Source: an uncultured Acidobacteriota bacterium
GTDB taxonomy: Bacteria > Acidobacteriota > JAQAZP01
Assembly: GCA_963836075.1 (NCBI GenBank)
Contig: CAWIIB010000001.1
Coordinates: forward strand, 704,001-768,000
Length of the DNA stretch: 64,000 nucleotides
Reading direction: 5' to 3'
A program made the translations under genes and the position numbers. This document shows positions 47,551-58,667 of this stretch, piece after piece (within the stretch, counting starts at the first letter, position 1; each line of letters opens with the position of its first letter). The notes beneath the pieces are model-generated. The model had not been told where the DNA came from. It saw only the letters and a program-made list of their open reading frames with translations, and searched no databases.

Positions 47551-49224
47551 ATGAGAAAACTCGTTGAGTGCGTTCCAAACTTCAGTGAAGGCCGTGACCA
47601 GGCGATCATCGATTCGATTACCGGCGAGATCAGCCAGGTGGACGGGGTGACCCTCCTCGACGTGGACCCCGGCGCGGACACCAACCGCACCGTGGTCACC
47701 ATGGTGGGCGATCCTGACGCGGTGGTGGAAGCGGCTTTTCAGGCCATACGCAAGGCCGGCGAACTGATCGACATGCGAGGCCACAGCGGCGCCCACCCGC
47801 GGATGGGGGCCACCGATGTCTGCCCCTTTGTCCCGGTGAGCGGGCTGACCATGGACGACTGCGCCGAACTGGCCCGGCGTCTGGGCCAGCGGGTGGGCGA
47901 CGAGCTGGGCATCCCGGTCTACCTCTACGAGCTCGCCGCCTCACGGCCCGAACGGCAGAACCTGGCCGACGTGCGCAAGGGTGAATACGAGGGCCTGGCC
48001 GAACGGGAGGGGAACGACTACTGGGATCCGGACTTTGGACCGAACACCTTCAACGCCCGTTCCGGGGCCACGGCCATCGGCGCCCGGGAGTTCCTCATCG
48101 CCTACAACATCAACTTCAACACCCGGGACAAGAAGCGGGTCAACGATATCGCCCTGGAGATTCGCGAAGCCGGGCGGAACAAACGGGGCCCGGACCGCAA
48201 ATTCATCCGTGACGAGAACGGCGTGCCGATCAAGCAGCCGGGCCTCTTGAAGGCGGTCAAGGCCATCGGCTGGTATATCGAGGACTACAACGTAGCCCAG
48301 CTTTCGGTGAACCTCACCAGCTACACCACTACCCCCCTGCACCTGCTGTTCGAGACCGTGCGCGAGGAAGCGCGCAAGCGCGGCCTGCGGGCCACCGGCA
48401 GCGAGCTGGTGGGGCTGATCCCCCTCGACGCCCTCCTGGAAACCGGCCGCCACTACCTCGACCTGCAGGGCGGGTCCAGGGGCATCCCCGAGCGGGACAT
48501 CGTGCACATCGCGGTGAAGTCGTTGGGACTGGACGAGCTCTACCCCTTCGACCCGGAGAAAAAGATCATCGAATATGCGGTGCGCGAAAAAGGCGAACTG
48601 GCCTCGCTCACCGTGGAGGGCTTCTGTGACCTGCTCTCTTCCGATGCCCCGGCTCCCGGCGGGGGCAGCGTGGCCGCACTCTGCGGAGCGCTCTGCGCTG
48701 CGCTCACCGCCATGGTGGGCAACCTGACCACCGGCAAGGGGATCGACGCCGAGCGGAGGCAGGCGGCCTGGGCCCTCTCCGAGCGGGGTCAGAAACTGAA
48801 GGAGGCCTTTGTGCTGGCCATCGACGAGGATACCCGGGCCTTCAACCGGGTGATGGACTGCTTCCGCCTGCCCAGGAATACCGACGAACAGCAGGAAGCC
48901 CGGCAGGCGGCCATCGAGGAGGCCAACAAGGGGGCCACCATGGTGCCGCTGGAAGTGCTGCGCCGTTCGGTGGAGGCCCTGGAGCTGGCCGAGCAGATGG
49001 TGCCCATCGGCAACCCCAACTGCGCGTCGGATGCCGGGGTGGCCGGGCTCACCGGCCGCACCGCCGCCCACGGGGCGTACTACAACGCCCTGATCAACCT
49101 CGCCGGCATCGAGGACGAGGACTTCTGCTCCAAGGTGCGGGAGGAGGCGGGAAAGCTCAAGGACGAGGCCGACGAGATCGCCGGCCGGATCGCCGCGGCC
49201 ACCGAGGAGAAGCTGACCGGCTGA
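47551..49224 (+). CDS. ftcD: Glutamate formimidoyltransferase / formiminotetrahydrofolate cyclodeaminase fusion
   Basis: LVECVPNFSEGRD, HPRMGATDVCPFVP, GAREFLIAYN; C-terminal SDAPAPGGGSVAAL cyclodeaminase domain. Confidence 0.95.
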   Translation: MRKLVECVPNFSEGRDQAIIDSITGEISQVDGVTLLDVDPGADTNRTVVTMVGDPDAVVEAAFQAIRKAGELIDMRGHSGAHPRMGATDVCPFVPVSGLTMDDCAELARRLGQRVGDELGIPVYLYELAASRPERQNLADVRKGEYEGLAEREGNDYWDPDFGPNTFNARSGATAIGAREFLIAYNINFNTRDKKRVNDIALEIREAGRNKRGPDRKFIRDENGVPIKQPGLLKAVKAIGWYIEDYNVAQLSVNLTSYTTTPLHLLFETVREEARKRGLRATGSELVGLIPLDALLETGRHYLDLQGGSRGIPERDIVHIAVKSLGLDELYPFDPEKKIIEYAVREKGELASLTVEGFCDLLSSDAPAPGGGSVAALCGALCAALTAMVGNLTTGKGIDAERRQAAWALSERGQKLKEAFVLAIDEDTRAFNRVMDCFRLPRNTDEQQEARQAAIEEANKGATMVPLEVLRRSVEALELAEQMVPIGNPNCASDAGVAGLTGRTAAHGAYYNALINLAGIEDEDFCSKVREEAGKLKDEADEIAGRIAAATEEKLTG

Positions 49225-49328
49225 TCCGGATGCGCTCCTTGAAGAACGTGCAGGCGGTCCGGTTGTTCCCCCGCGCTTTGCGACCGGAGCGAGGAGCAAC
49301 AGGGCAAAAACCGGCCCTGATCGTCGTT

Positions 49329-51496
49329 CTACTGCATATACCCCAGTGCCCTGAGGTGTGCCCGGGTGGCTTCGTCCAGTTCGGCGGTGCCGTCCGATTT
49401 CTCCAGCGTGTCATAGAGCGACCGCTGGCGGGAGAGGTGGTCCATCAGCACGCTCTTCATCGCCAGCCGCCGTTCCGGGTCGAGGTCTGCGATGTTGATC
49501 TGTTCCTGCGGGTCGCTGGCCAGATCATAGAGCTGGTCCTCGCCGGTGTCCTCGTCCAGCACATACTTGAACTGCCCGTCGCAATAGCCTTTGAGGTCGC
49601 GGTAGTAGATCATCGACTCGTAGAACGCCGGGCGGTCCAGGGGCTCCTCCTCGCCGCGGATCAGCGGAAGCAGGCTCTGTCCTTCGGCCAGCTCGAGAGG
49701 CGGCAGGCCGAGGAAGTCGAGTATGGTGGGGGCCACGTCCACCAGGCGGACCTGGCTGTCGATCTGCCGGTTGGCCACCGCGTAGCCGTCGGGCAAACGG
49801 ATGACCAGCGGCACCCTCACCACCTCGGTGAAGAAGGTGTGGCCGTGGGAGACGTCGTGGTGCTCCCAGAACTCCTCGCCGTGGTCGGAGGTGAAGATGA
49901 TCATCGTGTTTTCCAGCAGTCCCAGCTCGCGCACCCGGTCGAGAAGACGGCCGATCTGCCGGTCGGTGTACTCCACCTCACGGTTGTAGAGATCCTCCAC
50001 GTGCAACCGGTCCACTTCCTCCAGCATGAGCCCCTTGCGGTAGCCCACCACCATCCCGGAATTGAGCGGCGGGATTTTGGTGCTGCGATATTTCTTGCCC
50101 GCCTCCTCGGTCCACTGGCCCCGGGCGATATACGGTTCGTGGGGATCGATCACGTGGAGCCAGAAGAAGAAGTTGCTCTCCCGGTTGGCCTCCAGGAAAT
50201 CGAGGGCGTAGTCGACGTGCATTCTGGAATTGCTGGTGTCCTGGCGGGCGGTGGTGTCGGGAAAAATGGTGCGCAGGAACCGGAACCAGAGGTTGGCCGA
50301 CCAGGTACCTGGGTCCGCAGCCGGTGCTTCATGTGGTCGTAGAACCTGAACCCCTGGTGCGCCCCGAAGGCCTCCAGCAGCCAGCCGTTGGACACCACCG
50401 CGCCGGTCATCATCCCCGCGTCTTCCAGCGTCTCGGCCAGGGTCACCCGCAGGTCGTCGAGACGGTCCTGCATCGAGGTCACTCCGTGGGCGGTGGGATA
50501 CATGGAGGTGTGAATGGTGCAAAGGGAGGGCAGGGTCCAGGGGGAATTGGCCTGCATGCTGGTGAAGACCACGCCGTCACGGGCCAGCTGGTCGAGGTTC
50601 GGCGTCTGCGGCCCCAGGGGGTCGGAGACCGACAACCGGTCGCCGCGCAGGGTATCCACCGAAATCAGGATCACGTTGAGGTTCTGCCGGGCGGTGGTTT
50701 CCACGGTGGCCATGCTGAACTGGGCTTTTTTGGCGGCCAGGGGCAGGAAGGTGCAGCAGGCCAGCAACAGCAGAACCAGGGTCAGCTGGTGCCGGGTGAA
50801 AAAGCTGCGCCGCCACCCGGCCTGGTAGCGGGGGGCGAGGAAACGCCAGGTGGCCCAGGTGAGCAGCAGCAGCCCGCCGAGAAACCCGGCCAGGATGAGA
50901 AAGAACTTCGCGTTGAATTCATACTTGAGGTAGACCCGGTTGACCCAGAGCAGCGGCGGCGTGAGCAAAATGGCCCACAACCCGAACGCCACCATCAGGG
51001 CTTTCAGCTTCGGTGCCCCGGGGTAGCGCCGCATGCGACCGGCCAGCATGCCCACGGCCAGACCGATGAACAGCCCGGCAAAGATCAGCCGCAGGTTGAA
51101 GAAGATCTTCGAAGGGTTGACCATCAGGTGCAGCTTGACACTCGGGTTGAACATCATGAAGATAAAGATCGTTACCACCACCGCCGTGGCCAGGCCGGAA
51201 AAGAAGGGCACGAACCGGTCCTCGTCCCGGAACAGCGGGTAGCGCCGGCCGAAGATCAGGTAGAGCAGCAGCGCCAGCAGCCCGAGAACCAGTCCCCAGC
51301 CCACCGCCTCGGCAAAGATCGGGGTGAAAAACACCTGGATCAGCTTGGGGATGGAGGTGAGCGGAACACCGGTGGACGCTCCTGATGTCACGGTGGTGGA
51401 GAGAAACCCTTCCTGGAATCCCAGCAGGGCCCCGAGGACCACGCCGGTGCGCCAGCCGAATCCAAGTACGTCTTTCCAGTTCATTCTATCTGTCAT
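49329..51496 (-). CDS. Membrane-anchored sulfatase-family protein (multi-TM N-terminus); frameshift near 50305-50315
   Basis: ORF 50150..51601 gives the TMs plus NVILISVDTLRGDRL and SPWTLPS; ORF 49329..50522 continues with HVIDPHEPY, TSDHGEEF, LRALGY. Confidence 0.85.
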
Positions 51497-51674
51497 ATTC
51501 CTGGTATCGGATTGCCTCGCCGCCCACCGGTTTCCAAGGCGGGGTACCCTGTGATGTGACCGGGGCACACCGGAAGGCCTGGGCCGAGGTATGTTGAACA
51601 ACCCCTGAAATGGGAAAAACGAGTATAAACCCCTGCCCGGGCCGAATCAAGAAAAGCTGAAGAGGGCCAAAGAC

Positions 51675-52700
51675 CTACCCGGCCCGGTCCTGCGGGGCCC
51701 CCGGGTCGAGAAGGCGCGGGGGGATGATGGCCGAGGCCCGGCCGAACAGCGTCTCCGGCAACCCCATGGCCCGCATGATGCGCACCGCCCGGTCCAGGGG
51801 ATTGGTTTCCCTGTCGATCTCCCGGGCCATGCCCCAGGGCACCAGGCCGGGCAGCCACCTGGCGTGGACCGGCATCGGCCAGTCACTGCCGTGGAGCAGG
51901 CGGGGGATGACCTCCTCGTCCTGCACCACCCGCCGCACCAGGCCGGGCCGCCGGGGCAGGCTGAAGGCCGACACATCCCCCCAGGCGTTGGGGAACAAGC
52001 GGAGAATCTGCAAAAAGCCCTCCAGGCAGTGTGACTCCCAGGGCAATACGTTCAGAGCGCAATGCGCGGCCACCGCGTTCACCCCGCGCTCCAGGGCAGG
52101 TCTGAGCATCCGGGGGTCCTGGAGATCCGGGCGCAGCACGGTGAAGGCCTGCTCCGGCCCGGTGTGGCAGATCAGGGGGATGCCGTGGTCCACCAACCGG
52201 TCGAAGAAGGGGCGGCAGCGGGGGTCGGCGGGATCGATGTTCTGGCTGGTGGGCAGCCACTTCACCGCAGCCGCCCCCAGCTCGGCGCAGCGGTCCAGCT
52301 CATCCAGTGCGTCGGGGCGGTAGGGGTGGATGGAAACCCCGGCCAGCACTCGCGGTTCGCCGGCGGCGATGCCCAGCACGTAGTCGTTGGGGATGTAGAG
52401 TTCCAGCCGCCCGTCGTCCGGGGTGCCGGCATCGCCATACACCCGGTCGTAGGCCAGCAGCAGCCCGTAGTCGATCTCCCGCGCACCGTTCAGGTGGCCC
52501 AGCAGCGCCGCCTTGAACGCCCGGTCGCCGCCCGTGCCCAGCTGGCGCCAGGGCAGTCCCATGGAACGGGAAAGATACCAGGTCAACGGGCTCCGTCTCA
52601 TCCGCCGGCTCATCAGACAACCACTGTCTGCCGACCCGTCGCCGGCCAGGTGGATGTGGAAATCGATTCGCGCTCCGCCGGGGCGCTCCGTCCCGTCCAT
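51675..52700 (-). CDS. Amidohydrolase_2 family metal-dependent hydrolase
   Basis: IDFHIH, SIHPYRPDA, LICHTGPE, AAHCA, LLHGSDWP. Confidence 0.88.
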   Translation of the reverse strand: MDGTERPGGARIDFHIHLAGDGSADSGCLMSRRMRRSPLTWYLSRSMGLPWRQLGTGGDRAFKAALLGHLNGAREIDYGLLLAYDRVYGDAGTPDDGRLELYIPNDYVLGIAAGEPRVLAGVSIHPYRPDALDELDRCAELGAAAVKWLPTSQNIDPADPRCRPFFDRLVDHGIPLICHTGPEQAFTVLRPDLQDPRMLRPALERGVNAVAAHCALNVLPWESHCLEGFLQILRLFPNAWGDVSAFSLPRRPGLVRRVVQDEEVIPRLLHGSDWPMPVHARWLPGLVPWGMAREIDRETNPLDRAVRIMRAMGLPETLFGRASAIIPPRLLDPGAPQDRAG

Positions 52701-52874
52701 CAACCTGATCTCTCCAGATCCTCCGCCCCCCCGTGCCCGGGCGGCGGCGTGTTTCTTGACAGCCACTGCCCTCACTGGCAGTATTGCAGTTGATAATAGT
52801 AACACCTATCTCCATTCAAGGGTGCCACCGCCCCGCGGTTGCGGGCTGTGGACTGACCGGAGGTCTGACAAGGA

Positions 52875-53969
52875 ATGGGCAAGCTCTCCAGAATCGGCAT
52901 TCTCACCGGCGGCGGTGACTGTCCCGGCCTCAACGCGGTGATCCGCGCGGTGGCCAAAATGGCCCTGACCCACCTCGACGTGGAGGTGGTCGGTTTTCTC
53001 GACGGGTTCGAGGGGCTGGTGGACAACCGCACCGTCCGGTTGGACCGGGACGCGGTTTCCGGCATCCTGACCCGCGGCGGAACGATCCTCGGCACGTCCA
53101 ACCGCTCCGATCCCTTCAACTACCCCATGCTGGAGAACAACGAGCAGGTCTACCGCGACCGCTCCGACCAGGCCGCGCACAACTTCCGCCAGCACGGCCT
53201 CGACGCCCTGGTGAGCATCGGCGGTGACGGGACCATGGCCGTGACCCAGAAGATGGCCGAGACGTGGGACATCCCGGTGGTGGGGGTACCCAAGACCATC
53301 GACAACGACCTGATGCTCACAGATCAGACCTTCGGCTTCGATTCGGCCATGACCACCGCCACCGAGGCCATCGACAAGATCCACACCACCGCCCAGTCGC
53401 ACCACCGGGTGATGGTGGTGGAGGTGATGGGGCGCTACGCCGGCTGGCTGGCCCTCTGCTCGGGCCTGGCCGGCGGCGGCGACATCATCCTGATCCCGGA
53501 GATCCCCTACCGCATCGACGCGGTCTGCGAGGCGGTGAAGCAGCGCACCTACGAGGGCAAGAGCTTCAGCATCGTGGTGGTTGGCGAAGGCGCCAAGCCT
53601 GAAGGCGGCGAGATGGTGGTCAAGAAAGTGGTGGAGGGCAGCCCGGAGAAGATACGTCTCGGCGGCATCGGGCACGTGGTGGCCGATGACATCGAGGAAT
53701 TGGCCGGAATCGAAACCCGGGTCACCGTCCTGGGCCACCTCCTCCGCGGGGGGATTCCGACACCCGCTGACCGGCTGCTGGCCACCCGCTTCGGTGTGGA
53801 GGCGATGCGTCTCCTGATCAACGGCGAGTTTGGCCAGATGGTGGCCCTGGGCGGCCACCGGATTACGTCAGTGCCGCTGTCCGAGGTGGTGGGCCAGCCT
53901 CGCACGGTACCCTCCGGTTCGGAGCTGCTGGACGCGGCCCGGGCGGTGGGGACCTGCATGGGCATCTGA
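52875..53969 (+). CDS. pfkA: 6-phosphofructokinase (probably ATP-dependent)
   Basis: GGGDCPGLNAVIR, GGTILGTS, IGGDGT, PKTIDND, EVMGRYAG, LGHLLRGG. Confidence 0.95.
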   Translation: MGKLSRIGILTGGGDCPGLNAVIRAVAKMALTHLDVEVVGFLDGFEGLVDNRTVRLDRDAVSGILTRGGTILGTSNRSDPFNYPMLENNEQVYRDRSDQAAHNFRQHGLDALVSIGGDGTMAVTQKMAETWDIPVVGVPKTIDNDLMLTDQTFGFDSAMTTATEAIDKIHTTAQSHHRVMVVEVMGRYAGWLALCSGLAGGGDIILIPEIPYRIDAVCEAVKQRTYEGKSFSIVVVGEGAKPEGGEMVVKKVVEGSPEKIRLGGIGHVVADDIEELAGIETRVTVLGHLLRGGIPTPADRLLATRFGVEAMRLLINGEFGQMVALGGHRITSVPLSEVVGQPRTVPSGSELLDAARAVGTCMGI

Positions 53970-53999
53970 AGCGGAGCGGAAGGGTGCGAGGAATAGACC

Positions 54000-54758
54000 A
54001 TGCTTAACAGTCCGGCCGGCTCATTCAGGCATGCGGCGGTGACCCTGGTCCTGCTGGCGGTGCTTTGCGCGCTGCCACTGGCCGCGTCGGACCTGCCGCC
54101 GGGGGCCGGAGAAGCCGAGGTAACCCGCAGCGGACCAGCCCTGGAGGTGCAGATCAGCGGACGTGATGCCGAGATGGCCGGCCAGGTGCTGCGCCTGCTC
54201 TCCATGGACCTGGGGATTTTCGGGTACAGCGTGGCCGCCCCCTCCCGGAACGAGGAGGCACTGGGAACCATCAGGATCAAGGTCTCCTCCTCCATGGAAA
54301 AGACCAGTTGGCGGGGCGGCAGTGACAGCAAGACCCGTCTGGAGACCAGGCGCCTGGTGCTCAAGGGATCGTTCAAATCCCCCGAGGCCCGGGCGCGACT
54401 GCTGGAAGAGGACGTGGCCGGATGCTTCCTCACTGAACGGGACTCCATGGAGGGCGGTCTGTTCCAACGCACCAGGCTGGCCGCGGACGGGGTCTGGGTG
54501 GAGACCGACAATTCGCTGATCATGCGGATGATCCGGCGCCTGGAGATCGAGATTTTCGGCGCCATGGCCACTGAACAATCGATCCGGGCACTGCTGGCCC
54601 TCTACTGGGAATTCCCCGACCTGCTGGGCCCGCGGATTCTGGACACCGTGCGCAAGAACAGAAAAACGATCATTCCGGTACTGGAATCGCTCTACTCCTC
54701 GGCCACAGGCTCGGAACGAGCCGCAGCGGCCGCGATTCTGGCCCGCTACGCTGACTGA
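54000..54758 (+). CDS. Hypothetical exported protein
   Basis: Signal-like N-terminus; sits in operon between pfkA and the flippase-like gene. Confidence 0.65.
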   Translation: MLNSPAGSFRHAAVTLVLLAVLCALPLAASDLPPGAGEAEVTRSGPALEVQISGRDAEMAGQVLRLLSMDLGIFGYSVAAPSRNEEALGTIRIKVSSSMEKTSWRGGSDSKTRLETRRLVLKGSFKSPEARARLLEEDVAGCFLTERDSMEGGLFQRTRLAADGVWVETDNSLIMRMIRRLEIEIFGAMATEQSIRALLALYWEFPDLLGPRILDTVRKNRKTIIPVLESLYSSATGSERAAAAAILARYAD

Positions 54759-54762
54759 CCCC

Positions 54763-55980
54763 ATGGACCGTGAATCACTCCAGGACCTGAACGAGGACGG
54801 TCTTCACACCGGATCCGCCCCGCCCCGACGCTGGCGAGCGGTGCGCCTGGCCGCGGCGATGCTGATCCTGCTGCTGGCCATTCTCTTTCTGCAGCGCCTG
54901 CTGGAGGAGATCGGCCCGTCCAGGGTGCTGCGGGCCCTGCTGAACGCCGATCCCCTGCTGCTGGGGCTCACCTTCAGCGCCGTGGCCGCCCGCTACTGGC
55001 TCTGGTCACGGAAGTGGCGGTCCATCGCCCGCCGGGAACAGCTGGCGGTGCACAACCGGGCGTTCTTCCCCGCCCTGCTCTGCGGGTCGTTCACCGACCT
55101 GGTGGCGCCCACCGCCAAAACCGCCGGCGGATTCCTCCGCACCTACCTGGTGGCCACCCGCAGCCAGACGCCGGCGTTCAAGATCTACGGCACCACGCTG
55201 CAGGACCAGGTGACCAACATGCTGGGCGTCTTCCTGGTCTCCTTCATCGCCATGGCCGCCATCCCCCTCTGGAACAACCCGGTCCATGCCACGGCATCGT
55301 CACTGACCCAGACCAACCGCCTGGTGATCTGCGGCCTGGGCGTGGCGGGCCTGCTGGGCCTCGTCGCCCTGCTGGTCTTCCGCCGGCCCCTGGGCCGCTT
55401 TCTGGCCCGGAGGGACTACCGGGGGCTGCTCACCTCGCTCTACCGCCCACTGCGGCTGCTTCCGCCGGTGCGCAGCAGATTCGGCAGCGCCGACGCGTTC
55501 GCCGAGGCCATTGCCGGCCGGAGCATGGATATCTTTGGCCCGCTGCGCCGGCTGCTGGAGTCGAAACGGGGCACCGTGATGGATGTCTCCCGGGGGGCAT
55601 TTCTCTGGCTCTGCTACTGCGCCGGAAACTACTTTGCCTTCCAGGCCTGCGGCGCACGCGAGGGGGAAGCACCACTGCTGATGGTGGCCGCCATTCTCTC
55701 CCTGGGCAACCTGCTGGGGATCCTCTCCACGGTTCCCGGCGGCATCGGGGTGACCGAAGCCTCGCTGATCGGGCTGCACATCTTCTTCGGTGTGCGGCCG
55801 GAACTGGCCGCGGCGGCCAACCTGCTCTTCCGCCTCAACTACTACATCTTCATCCTCCTTTCGGGAGCCGTCTCCTTTGCCTGGGCCTCCCGGATCAAGC
55901 GGCGGCAGGCCCGCCGGGAAGCCGACCTGGAGGACGCCCTGAAAGCCGCCCTGGAATCCGTCCCGAAGTCGGAACAGTGA
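54763..55980 (+). CDS. Flippase-like membrane protein (lysylphosphatidylglycerol synthase TM / UPF0104 family)
   Basis: Multi-TM; VPGGIGVTEASL, AAANLLFRL. Confidence 0.85.
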   Translation: MDRESLQDLNEDGLHTGSAPPRRWRAVRLAAAMLILLLAILFLQRLLEEIGPSRVLRALLNADPLLLGLTFSAVAARYWLWSRKWRSIARREQLAVHNRAFFPALLCGSFTDLVAPTAKTAGGFLRTYLVATRSQTPAFKIYGTTLQDQVTNMLGVFLVSFIAMAAIPLWNNPVHATASSLTQTNRLVICGLGVAGLLGLVALLVFRRPLGRFLARRDYRGLLTSLYRPLRLLPPVRSRFGSADAFAEAIAGRSMDIFGPLRRLLESKRGTVMDVSRGAFLWLCYCAGNYFAFQACGAREGEAPLLMVAAILSLGNLLGILSTVPGGIGVTEASLIGLHIFFGVRPELAAAANLLFRLNYYIFILLSGAVSFAWASRIKRRQARREADLEDALKAALESVPKSEQ

Positions 55981-56005
55981 CGTGCGGCGCGGCGAAAGGA
56001 CGCCC

Positions 56006-56290
56006 ATGAGTTCGAGACATCAAAAACCGGGATCCGGCAACACCCGCCGGGTCCTGCTCACCGTCGCGATCATTGTCGGCGCCCTGGTCCTCATGGTGCT
56101 GCCCTGGGTCTTCCTCTTCCACTCCCCGGAGCAGTTCGCCGGCTGGGCCGCATCCGGCGTGGTCCTTGCCGTTGCCCTGCACCTCTTCCTCAGCAGCCGG
56201 AAGCGGCGGCAGGCCCTGCGGGACATGCTGGAGGAAGAGGAGGGCGACGATCCCGCCGATCCCCTTGAGGGCCCCGGGGAAAACGTGTAG
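56006..56290 (+). CDS. Small 2-TM hypothetical protein
   Basis: Two hydrophobic segments followed by a basic then acidic tail. Confidence 0.6.
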   Translation: MSSRHQKPGSGNTRRVLLTVAIIVGALVLMVLPWVFLFHSPEQFAGWAASGVVLAVALHLFLSSRKRRQALRDMLEEEEGDDPADPLEGPGENV

Positions 56291-56302
56291 AGTGTTCCCG
56301 TG

Positions 56303-56402
56303 TTCTCCGACCGCCCGGAGCTACGGGGTATGACAACCTATGGCCGCGGCGGCGACAGGGTTTCGCGGGAAACGGCGGAGCCTCCCCTTTTGGAAAGGAG
56401 AT
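56303..56402 (+). ncRNA. Moco RNA motif riboswitch, apparently the P3-less (Tuco-like) variant
   Basis: TCTCC...GGAGA P1 overlapping the SD; CAGGG...GGAAAC...GCCTCCC-TTTTGGAAAGGAG matches the 3' part of the E. coli moaA leader; directly upstream of moaA. Confidence 0.85.
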
Positions 56403-56405
56403 CCT

Positions 56406-57410
56406 GTGCCCACCCCGAGGCCCGGCCCAGATCAATCCCCCATGCAACCGCCACAGATTTCCCGGGGCTGTTATTTGCGGATTTCGGTCACTGACCGCTG
56501 CAACAACCGCTGTCGCTACTGCATGCCCCCCGGGGGGGCGATGCTCGCCCCGCCGGCACAGATCCTGCGCTACGAGGAAATCATCCGGGCGGCGGAACTG
56601 ATCCACCGGGTCCGGCCGCTGCGCAAGATCAGGGTCACCGGCGGCGAACCGCTGCTGCGCCGCGACCTCGCCTCCTTTGTCGGGCAGCTGCGCCGGCATT
56701 TCCCGGCCGCTGAACTGACCATGACCACCAACGGCACGGCCCTGGCCGGTGCGGCTGCCGCCCTCAAGCGCGCCGGGCTGTCCCGGATCAACGTCAGCCT
56801 CGACTCCATCGACCCCGAACTGTTCCATCGCAGCACCGGCTCCACCGATCCCGGCAAGGTGATCCGGGGTATCGACACCGCCCTGGAGGCCGGTCTGCGA
56901 CCATTGAAGCTGAACAGCGTGCTCCAGCGTTCCATAAATGCCGGCCAGATCCCCGACCTGGTGGCTTTCGCCGCCAGCCGGCAGTGCGAACTGCGATTCA
57001 TCGAACTGATGCGCATCGGTCCCGCTCGGCAGTTGGACGACGACGAGTATGTCCCGATGGCTGAGGCGCTGGAAATCCTCCGCCGCCGCTGGCCCGACAT
57101 CAGGCCGCTGGAACGCGGCGAAAACAGCCGGCGCTATCTCGTCCCCACCGGGGAAGGGCTGGCCCGGGTCGGCTTCATCGCCCCGGTGAGCCACCCCTTC
57201 TGCGGCCGTTGCGACCGCCTGCGTCTCGATTCACGGGGCCGTCTCCACGCCTGCCTGCGGCAGGGTGATCGGATCGACCTGCGGGCGATGATCCGCAACG
57301 GCGCCGATGACCAGTGGAGCCTGAGGCAGATCAGGCAGTTGCTGGAGGGCAAGGGTTCGCCGGGAACAGCCTGGGGTGGTGACACCCGGATGTTCTCCAT
57401 GGGCGGCTAG
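56406..57410 (+). CDS. moaA: GTP 3',8-cyclase MoaA (radical SAM)
   Basis: LRISVTDRCNNRCRYC, TGGEPLLR, RINVSLDS, FIELM, FCGRCDRLRL...C, C-terminal GG; GTG start after AAGGAG. Confidence 0.95.
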   Translation: MPTPRPGPDQSPMQPPQISRGCYLRISVTDRCNNRCRYCMPPGGAMLAPPAQILRYEEIIRAAELIHRVRPLRKIRVTGGEPLLRRDLASFVGQLRRHFPAAELTMTTNGTALAGAAAALKRAGLSRINVSLDSIDPELFHRSTGSTDPGKVIRGIDTALEAGLRPLKLNSVLQRSINAGQIPDLVAFAASRQCELRFIELMRIGPARQLDDDEYVPMAEALEILRRRWPDIRPLERGENSRRYLVPTGEGLARVGFIAPVSHPFCGRCDRLRLDSRGRLHACLRQGDRIDLRAMIRNGADDQWSLRQIRQLLEGKGSPGTAWGGDTRMFSMGG

Positions 57411-57438
57411 CGCCGCCGGGCCAGGGAAAGGAACAGTG

Positions 57439-58667
57439 ATGCCCAAACCGATACCCGCCGCCGATGCCCTCTCCCTGGTGCTCGGCCTGGCCCGCCCGGC
57501 CGCGGCCCGCCGGCTGCCGCTGTCCGAGGCGACGGGCTGCGTGCTGGACGAGGAGATCAGGGCCGACCGGGACGGCCCGCCGTTTGACCGGGCGATGATG
57601 GACGGGTTTGCCGTGCGGCTGTCCGACGCCGGTCAAACGGTCCCGGTGACCGGCGAGGTGGCCGCCGGTGCCGCGCCGGGGGAGCCGCTGTCGCCCGGCC
57701 GGGCAGTGCGGATCATGACCGGCGCCCCCTGCCCCGAAGGCACCGAGACGGTGGTGCCGGTGGAGGAGGTGACCTGGAGTCGGAGGGCCGGGTCACGCTG
57801 CCGGCGCACCTCAATGCTGAGAAGCACATTGCCCGCCGGGGCAGCGACCGCAAAGCCGGCGATCTGCTGCTGGCCCCGGGGCAGGCGGTGAACCCGCTCA
57901 CCGTGGCGGTGCTGGCCTCGTCCGGCTACGGGGAGGTGCTGGTCATCCCACGGCCCACGGTGACCGTGGTCTCCACCGGAAACGAGCTGGCGCCGGTGGG
58001 CAGCGATCCCGGCCCGTACGGGATCCGCGACAGCAACCGCCCGATGATGGAAGCCCTGGTCCGCGGGGCCGGGTTGACGCTGCATGAATCGCTGCATGCC
58101 GGCGACACCAGCTCCCAGCTGGAGGCCGCCCTGGGCCGGGCCATGGAAGCCGACGTGGTGATGGTGTCGGGCGGAGTGTCCGCCGGCAAATACGACCTGG
58201 TGCCCGGGACCGCTGAAAAACTGGGAGTCACCCGGAAGTTCCACAAGGTCTGGCAGAAACCGGGCAAGCCGCTCTTCTTTGGCAGCACCAGCCGCGAACC
58301 GGCCGGGCTGTTCTTCGGCCTGCCCGGGAACCCGCTGGCGGTACACTTCTGTTTTCACCACTACGTGCTGCCGGCGGCCCGGCTGCTGGCCGGACGGCCG
58401 CTGCCCGGCCGGGAGGGGCATGCCGTACTGGCCGAGCCATGCCGCCCCCGTGGCGGGCGGCCCTCCTGGCTGCCGGCCCGGGTGGAAGAGGAAACGGCCA
58501 GCGGCGCGCCGCTGGCCCGCCTGCTGACCGTCTCCGGCTCCGCCGACATCTATGGCGCGGCGGCGGCCAACGCCCTGGTGTTCCTCGACCCGCAGCGGGG
58601 CCCCCTGAAGAAGGGAGACGAGGTGGTCTTCTTCTGGCTCGGCCCCACCGAGGAGGTGTCCGGATGA
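57439..58667 (+). CDS. moeA: Molybdopterin molybdotransferase MoeA; frameshift near 57770
   Basis: PPFDRAMMDGFA, RIMTGA, then STGNEL, SGGVSAGKYD, QKPGKP, GLPGNP in a second frame; one G missing in GAGGT(G)GACCTG. Confidence 0.9.

Noticed and set aside
52793-52811. GATAATAGTAACACCTATC, a Fur-box-like sequence upstream of pfkA
   Set aside because: Only about 13/19 match and neither flanking gene is iron-related; too weak to call.
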